Notes: generated by a model not told the origin, from the sequence alone. A stretch of DNA of 64,000 nucleotides from Ramazzottius varieornatus (GCA_001949185.1 BDGG01000001.1:7514149-7578148), one strand, 5' to 3'; counted from the stretch's first letter, positions 26,501 to 40,045 are shown. Program-made: numbers and translations.

Positions 26501-27968
26501 GAAAGGTTCCTGCACTCTGGTTGTTTCACTGTGAAGCTCCTCGAACTGCACTGAAGCAGATCACTGAAAACCTGATGTCAGCCATTAGAAAGGGCCTATT
26601 TGATACGGGTCGCTCTCCCACCGATTTAATCTAATGTAACGACCCACGCAACAATTTTTCATGCTCCAGTAATGGCTTTCGCTCTCACGACGTCGGGTCT
26701 CCAGCTTCCGTGTACGCACTTAAGTTTAAAGCAATCCCACATTCGATCCCGCTTCCTTGTTACTGCTGTACATGCGAGTTCTCCCCAAGTCTCACCATCC
26801 GCTTTAATGGCGCGCTAACGAGACATTCATCCTCCTTTTCCGTATTTCAAAATGGAGTTATCCTCCCTAGACCTTAAAGTTTCATTTCCGGTGCAACGCG
26901 CGTGCTGCATGCCTATCCAACGTTGAACATATCGGTTTTTTTAGGGATTATCTCGATGTGCCCTGTGAGGAAGGACGAATTGATTCTGCGAATAGCAGTG
27001 TACTTATCAACCTACGGGAGATCAAACTGTTGGACCAAACTGTTTGCTCAAGTGACGCACGCTACCAGACAATACCACCGAAAAGTGCGTCACTTGGAAT
27101 AATGACCTGCTCGAGTTTGTTCGCTGACCTCTGTGATCCCATATAAAGGGAAAGACAAACTTCAAATTCAGACTCCTCGCTCAGACAGATCTGTTTTCCC
27201 TTTAGACGAATGCAGAATTCCCTGCCGAGTTTGAAGGTGAGGGAAAATCGATGCCCGAAAGTTTTTTGATATGAGACTGGTGCACGACAAGGAGCGCTGA
27301 ACAACGAGGTTCGCCCACTTGCGTGCTATAAAATATCACGGTCTAGTGGAAAAGAAAACCATTTATCGCAATTTCGATCCGTTCACCATACATCGTTACA
27401 TCCCTGTCTCCTTCCAGTCCGATCCATAAACTTCAAGACTGTAAATATTTGACAGAGAGGACATAACACAATCAATAACCGTAAGAGCTTCCCACAGAGG
27501 ACCCTTTCACGTTTCTTTTGTTAATCTGACTGACATTTTTTCCATCCACTTTAGAAGGATCCGAGCGCGAAACTCACCAATTGCGATCCCCACCACGACT
27601 CGTCCAGCCAGCAGCTGCGTCACGTTGTTCGCCGAAGCTGTGAGGATGGAGGACATTGCATAGACGAAGCTGGCGCAAAGCATGACCGGCTTCCGTCCGA
27701 AGCGTTCAGCCAAGAACCCGGCAACGAGGCAGAAGATCCCCGCTGCTGTGATGGTCGCACTGACCAACGCACTCTGCCAACCATGGTTTAAAGAAAAATC
27801 CTCCTTGAGAAAGATCAAAGCGCAGGAAAGGTTCCCGCCATCGAATCCAACAAGGAAACTTCCGATACCGGTAAAGAAAACTAAAAGATAAATGAACTTT
27901 GAAAATACACGAAGAGGAACCCTGTCGACGTGCAGGTGTTCCTCGTCCGAGTCTTCATCAGCCGCCAT
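23545..27968 (-). CDS. SLC2A13: Proton/myo-inositol cotransporter (HMIT, sugar porter family), multi-exon
   Basis: ERFGRK, MPESPRWL, QQLIGTNIV..YYSATIIQLAG, VERIGRRPL, HMIT-specific Cys-rich loop (CGYCY..GSC..GRC..CPS), PWTVNSEIYP, LPETKGK. Confidence 0.9.
24401..24530. repeat. Intronic palindromic hairpin element (1 degenerate unit), HMIT intron
   Basis: caaactcgatcagg..gagtggcgcac..atgcgcaact..tctggttgagctcgttt. Confidence 0.8.
27015..27130. repeat. Intronic palindromic hairpin element (1 unit), HMIT long intron
   Basis: caagtgacgcac..gtgcgtcacttg..ctcgagtttgttcgc. Confidence 0.88.
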
Positions 27969-28891
27969 GGTTAAATTTCAGCGTGGCACACAGCGAAGCG
28001 CGGATCGTAACGTTAGCAAGAATGGCGAACGTGTCCAAGAAGAAAAGGGAATCGTTTCGACTGACATGAAGTGCGGAGAGTGAGAAAGAGGGCCATGCGA
28101 AGCCTACAGGCTGTACAACAGCTGCAGATCAGTGGCTGGCTAGAACCACAAAAGATTTCACTATGGTGAGCCACCATGTACATTCCTCCTACCGTCAGTA
28201 TGGCAGATTCAAATAGAAAACCAGATTTTGCACGACTGTGACGTGACGACAAGTGAGCTGGTTTTTCTTCTGTATCAATGACTCAAGCAAATGGTCCCTA
28301 CAGCCAACCATAAACATGTTCTTCATTGATTTTCCATCGATGTTGTAACATGGGATGAGGGACTTGACTTGAAAGGGAAGAAAGTACTCCAAGTACATTT
28401 TGCTGCCTTGGCTTTTTCCCTCTTGTCGTAGTAGAGCTTGATATCAGCTTATCTTTCAGCGAAAAGGCATGCACACATCAGTTCAGGGACAGGAAGACCA
28501 ATCAGACACGCAAAGTTGATCAACATGCATGACGTCGATAAGGAGGCCGCGCAAGTCCTGTATAACCATTTTGCCGAACTCAACCGGAAATGCCCGAACC
28601 CGAGACCCCGAACCAATCACCAAAGCTCGACGCTCCTGCTCTACTTACAGCACTCTGCATAATTTGTGTCACTCAGATCTGACAGAATCACGCGGTGCCC
28701 GACTCGTTCACATGTCAAGGCTCTTCACAAAATTAATCCAGATAAAGTAACAATCACCGTCATGAAAAACCCTTCAGCTGACATTGAAACGGAAACCTAA
28801 TTTCAAGATATTCACTGAAAAAAAATCATGAAATGGTAAAGAAACGCTTTGGCCCTCCGTCCAACGGAAAAACGATCAGAACAAGCTGAAT

Positions 28892-30489
28892 TTAATATCT
28901 ATGAATTGTATCTTTGTGGTTTGGTTCCTCGGGCTCCCCAACACACGATGGAAGGTCAGTAACACCCCCACCACAATCAGTACCATCGCCTAAAATTGTC
29001 CCACCACTGGCAATTATTCGTCTTGAATAGAGATCAGCCTGCGCACCGGAGAGCGAACATTAATTCAAGGCGCTGGTCGGCATTGCCAACAACAGGTTCA
29101 ACCTCATAAACGAATCGGAAGTGTTGATTATCATACCGGATTATTATTATCTTACTCTAATCATCCCGATGGCTTTTCGCGCGTCCACAATAGACAGCTT
29201 ACCTGCCTGATGGGTTCCGGAATGCGGTATTTGGAGCAGAGCTTAACGACCCAAACGGCAGTGTCCAGGTCGATGTTGCTTCCGACCGAAACGTAGACAG
29301 GCTTGCCGGAATTCTTGGATAGACGAACCGCCTACAAAAATGAAAACGTTTTCCAGCTTCCCACTCGTTCGACCTAAGTCAACTAACTTATCAGGGACCA
29401 TTAGAATTTAGCCAAAGTTTACTGTGGCTGTTGCCAAATGTTAACGCAGTGGTCAGTTGGACGGACCTTTCCTACGATTTTTCCGTCGTGTTCGAGATCA
29501 ACCATATCATCGGTGATCCCTGCAGATAGCCTACCCTAAAACCTCGGAAAGCATTTATTGTTCCATCAATGCACCATTCTATTCTCATCAGGTACTCACA
29601 CGGATGTTGTCTTCGAAAGACGCTTCCCATTTGGGAAGCCGGTAAAAATTCTTCGCAACTCCAACACAGGGCATCTTTTCTTTCACACCCACATGACACG
29701 CTGAACCACAACCTACAGAAGACAGCAGTAAAGATTCTCTGTCAGTTCCCTTCCCATGCTCTCTCTTTCTGGATAAATACCTCGTGGGTGCAATATACCA
29801 TTACCGTCCACCAGTAGAACCTACTCCACGAGAGAAAAAAACACCGGGGTTAAAGACTGAGCGCTCGCGACCGGGAACGAATTACTATTGTCTACCTGAG
29901 GCTTGAATTGTTCCGGACATTGTTTCCGCATCCTTTCCAGCACCCGTCCCATCAGAGGATATTCCCGAGCACCGAGGTAACCCGGGACGTAAGGCACGTT
30001 GACGCGATCAGTTATGAAATCTTTGTACACAACCTACCGAAACCGGAAGTCAGAATGCACGTCATATCCAAGGAATATCTATCAAGAAAACTGCTCGTAC
30101 CTTAAGTGAAGGTAGCTCAGTCACCACAAGAGCAGCGCAGGCTCTCTTCTGGTCATCTTTTGGACAAGATAGGTCCAGTCCTCCGACATAACGTAGTACC
30201 GACCAGTCTGCATATACGGGGTTGGTCCACGGGCTCGAAGAGGTAGCGGCACGTCGAAGCCGCTGCCAGGACTGCGTGTTCTGTTCGCTGATGCACTCTT
30301 TGAGCAGGCACTGCTCGCTGAATTCAGACAACACCAAGGTTCCGATCAGGCTAGCGCACGCAAGGTAAAGGGTTGAAGCCAGTGCGGAGGTATTATCGAG
30401 TCTTACCTAGCAAAATCCTTCAGCATATCGGGGGAGACAGCGAGATCCGGATTTTGCGCAGACGAATCATCCTTCGATGAATCGGTCAT
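28892..30489 (-). CDS. ENDOV: Endonuclease V (inosine-specific), multi-exon
   Basis: YVGGLDLS, PYVPGYLGARE wedge, LLVDGNG, GVAKN, KPVYVSVG, KYRIPEPIRQ|ADLYSR. Confidence 0.93.
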
Positions 30490-30994
30490 TCCCCATAAGC
30501 GCTGTGGATATTGACACCGATCTTCCAAAGACAGCCCAGGTTCGCGGCAAGGTGGAAGTCCAAACGCTAGAAAAGGAAGAGCTTGAAGAAAATGACTGAA
30601 AGTCTAAAACTAATAAAAAAATGAAACCAAAACAACTGATGTTAGATAGGTGGCGCGACGTCGCTTCAGCGCATCAGCTGACGTCCGACCAAACCTTCCT
30701 GCCGACTCCCACCCAGGACTTGGATACCAATCAAGTAATCAGCTGATCACAGCTCTTACGTCATGCTCTTAGAGCGCTCCCAACCTCCCTTTTACAGTAT
30801 GCCAAAGGCAAACACGGAAAATTAAATAAAATTAATCTGGGAATAGGATTTATCCATTTCTTCCAGATCCGAACTCCGAATTCCGTCCTCGTCAAGAATC
30901 AAAGTCGAAGCCTTCTTCTTCCAGGGCCGAAGTTTGGCACACCGTTCCGCGCATCAAGTACCGTGTGCTTCAGTTGACAATACTCAAGGTGAAA
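30490..30994. promoter_or_regulatory. Probable bidirectional promoter between ENDOV and FBXO31
   Basis: Head-to-head starts about 0.5 kb apart; CAGCTG and TGACGT/ACGTCA motifs at ~30674-30763. Confidence 0.45.
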
Positions 30995-32772
30995 ATGGAG
31001 GAAGCTTCGGGAGACAGCATAGTTGCCAGTACCGCATACCCTACTGATCCGATCGCAGCCTCGAAAGTTATGGAGGCGATGGAAATCGACGAGATCGATG
31101 CAGTGTCCACGGACAGCAACTTTTTCTCTGGCCTTCCCGTTGAAGTGCTGCATCGTCTTCTAACGGAATACGTCGGTCCGTCCGGTGTGGCCAAGCTTGC
31201 CTCTTTGAGCAAGTCCATGCTTCAGATCTGCAAGAACTACCGTCTGTGGAGAGAATTCTGCCGGAAGGAACTGAGAGTCAAACTGAAAGACTTGGAAGTT
31301 CCGTACAAGTACAGCTTCGACCGCGAAGGTACCAACTACCGACATCGCCATAAATTCGATTACGGATTGAATATTTGGCACAAAAGCATGGCTTCCGAAC
31401 GCATACATGACGTCACGGATAAAACCGACTTATCAATTTTATTTCGTTGCGTCGTGCGCCAGTGGAACGTTTATTGGTTCAAGTGGCTTTTTCTTTCTAG
31501 GCGGAAATGAGTTCCCTGACTTCAAACGCTGCGCTCCATCTTCCTACTTCGATGTCTACACGAAAGTCATCTACCCTTTCCGAGGTCTCCTCGACTTCGC
31601 AATGGTTTCTCACGCGACACACTACGGAGAGATAGTGACGCTGAGCTACAAGAACGGAGTGGTGAAGGGTGAAATGTGGTTCTTGCCCAAAGTTATAACA
31701 GACCCAATGGTTTCTACCTGGGACTTCTTCGCCTTCATAGACGAGAAAACCAATAAGCTAACTGTCCACTCCTTCTTCGCCAACAACCAGGCGGAACCTG
31801 TGGAGGAGAAATGGAGACATTCAGTGAAGATTGTGGACGAACCGCAAGAGACCCAGAAGATCTTCCTTGGCATGCGACGACACGAAGACGATGAAGGGTA
31901 CCAAACTCATTCAGCGGTCCCTGGAAAAACAATTTCGTAACAGAGGTTGTCTTACAGGCCAAGAAGGAAGTTGTTGCAGTTCCTTCACATTAGAGGTGTA
32001 TCCTGGCCAGGACAAGCAGGCATGGGCGGGATAGATCCCGGTCCCGACATTTTCTGGCACCATCGAGGTCTGTACAAAATCCATGCGCTTCTGTCGACTG
32101 TCCGTCCCTTTGATTTCGCTGATGGAAACCACTTCAAACGCATTCGGGACTTACCGGGCAAGACAGTGCCGACTGTTCTCAAGGACATTCTTCCGCTGGG
32201 ACTGTTCAAAGGCTCTTATGGCGTTCACGGAAACGAACTTGTTCGGGTAATAACTTCTCGCAGTATCCCTATTTTCAATAAGATCAATTGAACACGGTAA
32301 GATATTTTTCCAGATGTGGCTTGAACAGGACAATGAAGATGTCCGCATAACAGGCACTAAGATGACAGGGGACCCCAACGTGCCATCGGGCAAGAACACC
32401 TTCTACTTCAGCCTGAAGAAAGCAGTCATGATGGAAGCAACTCATCAAGCCGACGTTGAGTTCCTCGAAGCTCTGGAAGCCGACGGACCTTTTTTAGAGG
32501 CTGGGCCTGGACAGACACAATCCTTCCGGGTCCCCGATGGTGGCGGATTTGAAGACCGCTTCGACGCAAGAGCCCTGCCCCCGCACTGCACGCTGCGCCT
32601 CGTGGGCCATGCTACGGTGGCCGGCACGAACTTCACCAATGCCCAGAGCATTATAGCGCATTTGATAGTTTTAAGTAAAACGAGTTTCGTAGTTTTGTGG
32701 TTGAGTGGACTCGACTCGGCGACGCTTTTTGAGAAGATGTCTGATTCCGATCCTTTCACTCGATTTTTGTGA
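30995..32772 (+). CDS. FBXO31: F-box only protein 31
   Basis: F-box LPVEVLHRLLTEYV..LASLSK..LWREFC; C-terminal GLFKGSYGVHGNELV and GTKMTGDPNVPSG characteristic of FBXO31. Confidence 0.85.
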
Positions 32773-33282
32773 GTCATTTTTCCGTCTTGGTGGCTCGTAC
32801 AGTTTGTACATAGTTTTCTTACCGGTCGGATGTTTTCGTCCATTCTTTATTTTCCAGTGCACGAGTTAATCTTGTCTCGAATTTTGAACGGGAAGTAGCG
32901 GAAGACTGGGTATCACGAACCAGAGTATTGCCGGACTACGTATATCTTGAGTGCTGCTTCTAGACCAACGATCGTTCTTTCGCTTCTCGTTTTGAAATGG
33001 TCTACTCTGCGGCAAGTATCGTTCACTCGTTGACGATTGTAGGACATTTGAACGTCGAAGTATGAAGTCCGAGCTCTAATGAACGACGCCGAAAGTTCGA
33101 CAGCTGTGGTGAGTTTGTGCGCCTAGGGGGGAGACGAGTGGTCCGGGGGTCAGTTTTCACTTCCGGTGGTGTTCTCCTGTATTCTTCCGGTAATGGTATC
33201 CTTCTGCCTCTTCTTCGATCTTCCTCCGTCTCACTTGGTATACAAGTGCAGTTGGGTATCGGCCGCATACTGCGTTGATGGA

Positions 33283-36200
33283 ATGAGCTCCTCGGAAGCT
33301 CTCGTTTTTGGAGTCTGCACAGTCTTCGCCAGCTACGAGCATGGAGGTTTGGACTCGTACACCGAAGTGGACACCACGCGCAACGGGACATGGGCATCTG
33401 CAGTAAGTCATCCTCTTCTCCGCAGCACTTCTGTCGTGAAAGCGTTGTATCCAACTCCAGGCATGTCCCTATTGTAGCAAATACTTGGGAGATTCAGAAC
33501 TCTCGCATCTCTACGGCATAGAAACATCTGCAGCTACGTCGATATCATCAGATGCAAACATGGTACGAACACTCCACCCCGATCAAGTAACGCATTGCTC
33601 TCCGAATATCCAAACCACCTGTAGTCCTGTAGAAACTTTTGTTTCTCTGGCAGATCGGCTCATGATCATCACCGAACATCATTCCAAATGCCTGTTGGAG
33701 GTCCCATCAAAGGAATTCAGCTTCGGCGCGTACGACTTGACTGCTTATTTTTCTGGTGAATCTTGAAGTTCGGATGAAACATTAAGTTTTGGTTGCAGAT
33801 GGAACAGTTGTTCGTTTCCGGTCCAACTAGTTGCCAACGTCTTGCATGGTCTTGATTACCTGGTTTCCCGACAGATTGGACTTCCAGGCTTAACACCGGA
33901 AATGATCGTCGTGGACGAACGGGGCAGCAATTTCAAGATCAGAGACTTCGGAAGTGTGTATCTTTCGGACTATGGAACGCTATCGCCGCTCCAGCTAAGG
34001 TACCAAACCTTTCTAATTTCCGTCTTCTTCCGCTAGGTGTATATTTTTATTTTCCTTGGAACAGGATATCTGTCTATGTGTATTCTGCTGTTTTGCGTGT
34101 AGAGATCCTAGGTATTGTCCACCGGAAGTTCTCACATTGGGAGCGGAAACGACGGGTATTCTGTTCCAGACAGCCGTTTCGGACTCGTCGGCGGTGTGGT
34201 CACTTGCTCTGATATTACTATCTGTCCTCCAGGTGAGACAAGAAGGTTTTCCTTTGTCTGATCATGCTGTGGCCATTCAGGTGTTCTGTGCAGTGTATCA
34301 GTCCGTCTACGGTTCCGGTGAAGACCTGGGTAACCAAGATGCTGACTACCATCGAGACGTCCTTCCTCGAAGCACTGGAATCAATGGATGAATTTCAAAA
34401 GTACACTGTGGGTACCCCTGCTTTACATACGTCGAGGCAATGGTGTTCCGCCATAGCTTTTATCTCTCTTGCAGGAAATGACGGAGAGCGTACGAGGCGT
34501 ACTGGAGCGATGGCTGCTGCTCGACTGCGATGATCGCCCAACACCGAAAATCGCTCTGGAAACGTTCGGAGAAGCTGTTAGACACAAATTCGAGGTACCT
34601 TACAGTTGTTTTTATCATTCTACAACGTTGCATCTTCAGCATAACGAAATTAAGTTTTCATGATGCTCGGTAGGCAAACTCGACCAGAGTGTCCCAAGGG
34701 AGCACGATTTCAGTGGTATTGGCTGGAATCGTGCGCCGCTTGGAAAGAATCTTTGATTTTGTTCGCCGAGGTCCCATATTTTTTTTCTCAGCAGGCTGTG
34801 CCTGAGCCATATGATCCGCTATGGGGACGTTTTCCACCAGTCGAGCTTCGATGCCGGAATGAAACGCGCTTTGATAAAGGTAGATGGTTATTTCGTTTTG
34901 CAGGTTTATCGTTCAGTGTTTTAGGTTTGTTTTGGTTGTAGAGTTTATGAGGTCGCCACTCCTGAGTAGGAATACAGACGAGATTTACTCGCTCTGGAAG
35001 TTGGCCGGCGGAGACGTAGTCAGCGAGGTGAAAGCCCATGGCTACGCCAAAGAGGAACCACCGGTGTTCTCCGTACCGCAGTAAGCGCAAGACTGGAGAT
35101 CCTGGGAAAAGATTTGATGACAATGCACTGTAGCCTGATCGAGATTTCTTCTTGTACAGAATTGTAACCGGTGATCAGAAAATGCTCGGCGCATCGCCGA
35201 ACCCTCATCGAGACCCATCGGGGAACTTGATCACACTGAATGTCGAGCCCTTGTTTGACGTAAGGCTGGTCTTCCAAGGAATGTGTATTTGGATAAGAAC
35301 TGTAAGATGGGGAACTTCTCATTCGTGGTTTGCAGAAACTTTACGATGTACCAAAAGAGCTGTATTTTCCGCTGTTACTGCGTAAGAGAATCTCTCTGTT
35401 AGCTTTTCGGTCAATGGAGTACACGAACGTTTTCCGTACTTTTAGGTAGTAATGATGCAGAGTTGTCGGCGATCGACTACTCAACCTTGTCGAAGCTCCC
35501 TCTGGCCATAAGGGAAACGAATCTGAAGTATCAGCTGTACCGGCAGATCCTTTTTCACCGGTTACTCCTCTGCTATCCGTACACCACAGCGACCATAAGG
35601 AAAGAAGCCGCATTGGACATTCCACCCTTGTACCGTAGTCGCGTATGGGCGGCTCTGCTGGAAGTTCAGGTAAACCTTCCTCCAGAAACTCCATGTACTG
35701 TAGTTTACCCTTCTTCGATACATGTGCTGTTTTCGGCATTCCATTTTATTTTACCAAAAGGGGGACATCGCCGAGAAGTACGACTCAATCGACAAGGATT
35801 CGCCGTGCGTTTCAGACCGACAGGTTAGCTTCGTCACTTATATCCTTTGTGCGTGAAAATCGACTTCGCAAGTGGCGTACGCTTTCGGCCACTAGCAATG
35901 AATGCGTGCGCCACTGGAGCTGACCATGTGTGTCAGTTCAGCTGCCATTTTGGTATGAAGTTGATGACCAATTCGCCTTGTAGATCGACGTGGATATTCC
36001 GCGGTGTCATCAGTACGATGCCATCATGACTTCCGCCGTCGCTCATTGGAAACTCAGAAGAATACTCAAAGCCTGGATAGCCGACCACCCGCAGTTCGTC
36101 TACTGGCAGGGCCTGGATTCGCTGACGACACCTTTAATGTACGTCAACTTCCACGACGAAGGTAGGTTTCGCTTTTCATCTTTTTTTCTAACTTTATACA

Positions 36201-37934
36201 CGTGCGCAAAAAATCTGTTGGTTTTCACAGCTCTGGCATACGCATGTCTGACTGCATTCGTCCGGAAGTACGTCTACAGTTTCTTTTTGAAGGACAACAC
36301 ACCGGTTATTCAGGGTGAGTGGTTGATGGATTACATTATCAGCCATTTCTCTACGATTGTTGCACCAGTAAGTTTCAACGTCAAAGGTGTTATATTTTCA
36401 TTTCACCAGAGTATCTGGCTGTCTTTTCGCATTTACTCGCCTTCCACGATCCAGTATTATCTTCGCACTTGACGACCATTGGTTTCTTCCCGGAGGTACG
36501 CATCAACAGTACTCACGTTGAAATTTGGTGAACAGATGTTGACCGGATACTCTTCCACCGCAGTTGTATGCGATTCCCTGGTTCCTTACCATGTTTACCC
36601 GTAAGTTTTAATACCTGTTGTAAAACATGTGGGACTTTGAATGGTGAAAGTCATGGTGACGTTTCGTCCTTTTCCACAGATGTGTTTCCGCTACATAAGA
36701 TATTCCACTTGTGGGACCAGCTGCTCCTGGGCGACGAGTCTTTCCCTCTGTTCGTCGGGTTGTCGCTACTCCATCAGCTTCGCGACCGTCTGCTTGGAAA
36801 TGGCTTTAATGAAATACTCCTAATTTTCTCAGACTTTCCAGGTACTATACGACATTTGGGCAATCTTTTCAGTACATTTTTGCCCAGTTGTCCATCCTTT
36901 CTCGTGCTGGCAGCCTGGCCGACTGTTGTTGACGTTTCGTGTTGTAGATCTGGACATTCAGTTATGTCTCCAACGGGCCAAAGAAATGTTCACCATCACT
37001 CCCAAAAGCGTAACGTGCAGGAGATATGCCTCTGAGAACATGAACCATACTGAACCAACTGCTCTTAGCTCTTCCGGTAACAGACAGGCTGTACCAACGG
37101 TAAGTCAGCGTTCATGGGGCTCTTTCCAACCTACATAATCGCTGATATTTCTTTACGTCGTATCATCATTATACACTCGAGCCGCTTGACATCTCGTTTC
37201 TGCCGCATTGCTTTCCGGGTGACTCGAGTAATCTCTTTTCAGGGCGTTTACGAGATCGACCTGGAGACCCTAAAGACCGAAATATCTCCCAGGATCACCT
37301 GGCAAGAGATCCATTGGCTCCTGAATCCGGGAGGTGGGTCCAATGGGACGTCGCACAAAAGAGCACCGCGGCCTATTCTGGTTGACGTTCGATTACAGGA
37401 AGAGTAAGTAGCGTGTAAAGTCTCATGGTAAAGGCGCAGTGACTAGCAGGTGTTTTATAGGTTCTTGAAGGGAACGTTCCCTCACAGCATGAACATACCG
37501 TTCACTTCTGCATTCGATGCCGACGGTAAACTACTGTCGTCTTTTGAGTCTAGGACCCTCGAAGATAGCAAGGGCAAACTAGTCGTGGTTCTGGATGGAA
37601 AGTGCAACTATTCCCCAACGGTAAGACTTGGTTTATCCTTTTCAGTTCTTGCATGAGTGCTTCACGCGGGTGGATCGGGGTGATCGGCAAACAAACTCTA
37701 TTGTTATCCTGAGTGGCGCACGTTTTCAGTGTTATTGGCCGGAAGCATGCGCCACGTGGACTGACGATCTTGTCGCGTTGGCTAGCATAGGCCCGACATC
37801 CTGTTAGTAGGGTTCTGTTTTTGCAGTTCGCAGCTAAACTGGTTCAATTGGGCTTCCCGCATGTCTGCGTGCTTCACCAAGGCATCGATCACCTAAAGAC
37901 GTCCGGTTACGTTACCGTCCCTAACAGCTGGTGA
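33283..37934 (+). CDS. TBCK: TBC domain-containing kinase-like protein (pseudokinase-TBC-rhodanese), multi-exon
   Basis: [19 protein letters not shown]; [12 protein letters not shown]; [15 protein letters not shown]; [10 protein letters not shown]; VYWQGLDSL; [11 protein letters not shown]; C-terminal rhodanese. Confidence 0.95.
34664..34780. repeat. Intronic palindromic hairpin element (1 unit), TBCK intron
   Basis: gcacgatttcagtggtattggctggaatcgtgc core; gctcgg...gccgagg termini. Confidence 0.88.
35845..35950. repeat. Intronic palindromic hairpin element (1 unit), TBCK intron
   Basis: agtggcgtacgc..gcgtgcgccact. Confidence 0.85.
37684..37795. repeat. Intronic palindromic hairpin element (1 unit), TBCK last intron
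   Basis: tcggcaaacaaactc..gtggcgcacgttttcagtgttattggccggaagcatgcgccac..gatcttgtcg. Confidence 0.9.
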
Positions 37935-38099
37935 CATATCCCCGTATGTCCAGTGTTTTGCACAAGATTATCTTTCCGAAACTGAGATTATTTTGAAACT
38001 AAACGGTTGAATACTCCGAAGGGCATACATTTTATTCTCATCTTCCAAAGTTTTCTAGGGTACGCATTTCTTGCTCAGAGATAACACAGTCATAACAAT

Positions 38100-40045
38100 T
38101 TACAAGTCAAACACATTACCAATCCAAGCTTGATACATTTGCGAGTTTTCCCCCACTACCAGCCGGAAGTAGTCCCCGACCTCCGCAATCAGAGCAAATG
38201 CCTCCATGAAGCGTTCTTGTTGAGCCAGCCATTTAACGATGAGGAAGCAGGGATGATAGCAATAGTCTCTGACGTGCTCCCTAAAAAATAATGAAAATTG
38301 CGTTGCAACCAGAAACGTCACCAAAAACGATTTTGAAGAAAAAAAACACATTTCCAAATAATGTCTTCCGCGAAGTTATTTTTACCTTCGAATACTGACG
38401 GCTGCCAGCAGGTGCTCCATGCCTTCGTTCAAGTTCCCCGATAAAGTTAGCAAGCGGGAAGCCGCGTCGTGATGAGCCACGCCCAGCACGAAGTTATCTG
38501 AGGCGAGTACTTCGCAGGCTGTACTCATCAAAGCGCGAATGTCGTCTTGGCTTCTCTTTCGGGTGTTTTTGTCGTTCAGCTTGCTTTCCACAATGAAAGC
38601 TCTCAGTTCGGCGAGGGACTTCAGCGCTCTGTGGAAAGCCTCCTGGTTCGTTTTGTTACACTGCGGACAGGCTGGTGTCTTCGAACATTGGCGTAGGTTC
38701 TCGGCGCCGAGTGGAATCGAAGTGGCACAGTTCGAGCATTTCATGGCGTTCCTCTTGGCTATCTGGAAAGCAAAAAAATTGACCCAGGAATTCCTCATCA
38801 GTTATCAGTCATTGGGAGCTCGAGAAACAAATTCGACAAGATTGCTTTCCCAAATGGCGCGCCGTTCCAGTGCTATTGGCTGGAAGCGTGCGCCACCACG
38901 TTATACGATCTTGGGCCCAGTTTGTTTCCCGAGCTTGCCGCAGAGTTTTGCCGATTTCTTTAGTCTTACAGTTTCAGGATCGGCGCATCCCGGACAATCG
39001 CAGGTGAAGAAGTATCGCTTCTCCAGATAAGACTTTCGGTTCTCCAACAAGTCGAATGGGGAAATGTATGCTATTCGGACCTGGAAACAGATGACACAGT
39101 TTGACTTTCACTTGCTGTGGCTTTTGAGGTCCGTTGCATCATCCTACGTTTTCCGCTTTGTCGATATTGCGGATGACTTTGATCGTGACGGTCTTCCCCA
39201 CGTCAACCTGCAGAGCATTCGGTACACAAGAATGGTCCAAAATAGAGGGCCCCAGGTAAATTCCTCGCCCAACAGCCACCACGTTGGGGTGCTGCAGGTC
39301 GTACAGAGCAAAGTTATTGATGTAAAATTTCCCAAGAAGCCGGATGAACGTCGGAAAGTCAGGACAAATTTTTCGCTTCTTCTCCACGTCAGCTCTGTCC
39401 AGGTAGGGCTTCAGCACCAGGTAGGACTCTTTCAACTCTGGACGTAAGTCGAGAAACTCCTCCTCGTGGGACATCAGGTCGTCAAATGTCCGAGGAGATT
39501 CTGGCGTACAGTCCCCCGGTGCGCTTCCCTTCTCTTTCCTCTACAATGTGAATAATATGATGCCGAAAATTGCGCGAGGTAAGGAAGGACCCTTACGTCT
39601 ACTATCAAGAATCTGGTTCCGGACTTACCTTTAGTTTTGTCATGATTTTCAACAGGACTAATAACCGGTCCAAATTTCCTTCACTTTCTAGACGCTTGTC
39701 GGCAATTATTCCTTTGAGAATAGCGCATTCCGGTTTATGCCGATTCTTCCAGTCGGCAATCTGGCAGTTTTCGGAGCAATATCCGGCGAAGCGGCAGCCC
39801 ATACAGCGGCGTATCTCCTGGTCTTCGGCAATATCCGGTCGACGTAAGCAGTGGTAACAATGGCTCCGTAGTTTGTTGGCGTACAGGGAAAATATCCATG
39901 GCTCACATTTGAATACCGTATCTCCTACCTTGTAGGCAAAGTCAGACTTGCCATCCACCAGATCTGCAAGAAAAACATTCTCCTCCGGATCGGCTAAGTT
40001 GAGACCTCGGTCCTGAGCTTCTCTGACCAACGAAGAGATATCCAT
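38100..40045 (-). CDS. SMYD-family (split SET + MYND) lysine methyltransferase, multi-exon
   Basis: MYND CYHC..CMGCRFAGYCSENCQIADWKNRHKPEC; GIYLGPSILDHSCVPNA; RYFFTCDCPGC post-SET. Confidence 0.9.
38812..38935. repeat. Intronic palindromic hairpin element (1 unit), SMYD intron
   Basis: ttgggagctcgagaaacaaattcgacaag..tggcgcgc..gtgcgcca..tttgtttcccgagc. Confidence 0.9.

Noticed and set aside
28892-30489. Functional link between ENDOV (inosine-RNA nuclease) and the neighbouring dsRNA hairpins
   Set aside because: ENDOV is a conserved housekeeping gene and the repeat appears dispersed; proximity in a eukaryotic genome is not evidence.
34664-34780. Hairpins as introner elements that create the introns
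   Set aside because: Element ends do not coincide with splice sites, and homologous introns exist without the element in the RRM-RING paralogs.
39215-39245. SMYD SET motif DHSC instead of NHSC as a catalytic defect
   Set aside because: To my knowledge DHSC also occurs in other invertebrate SMYD3-like proteins, and the other motifs are intact.
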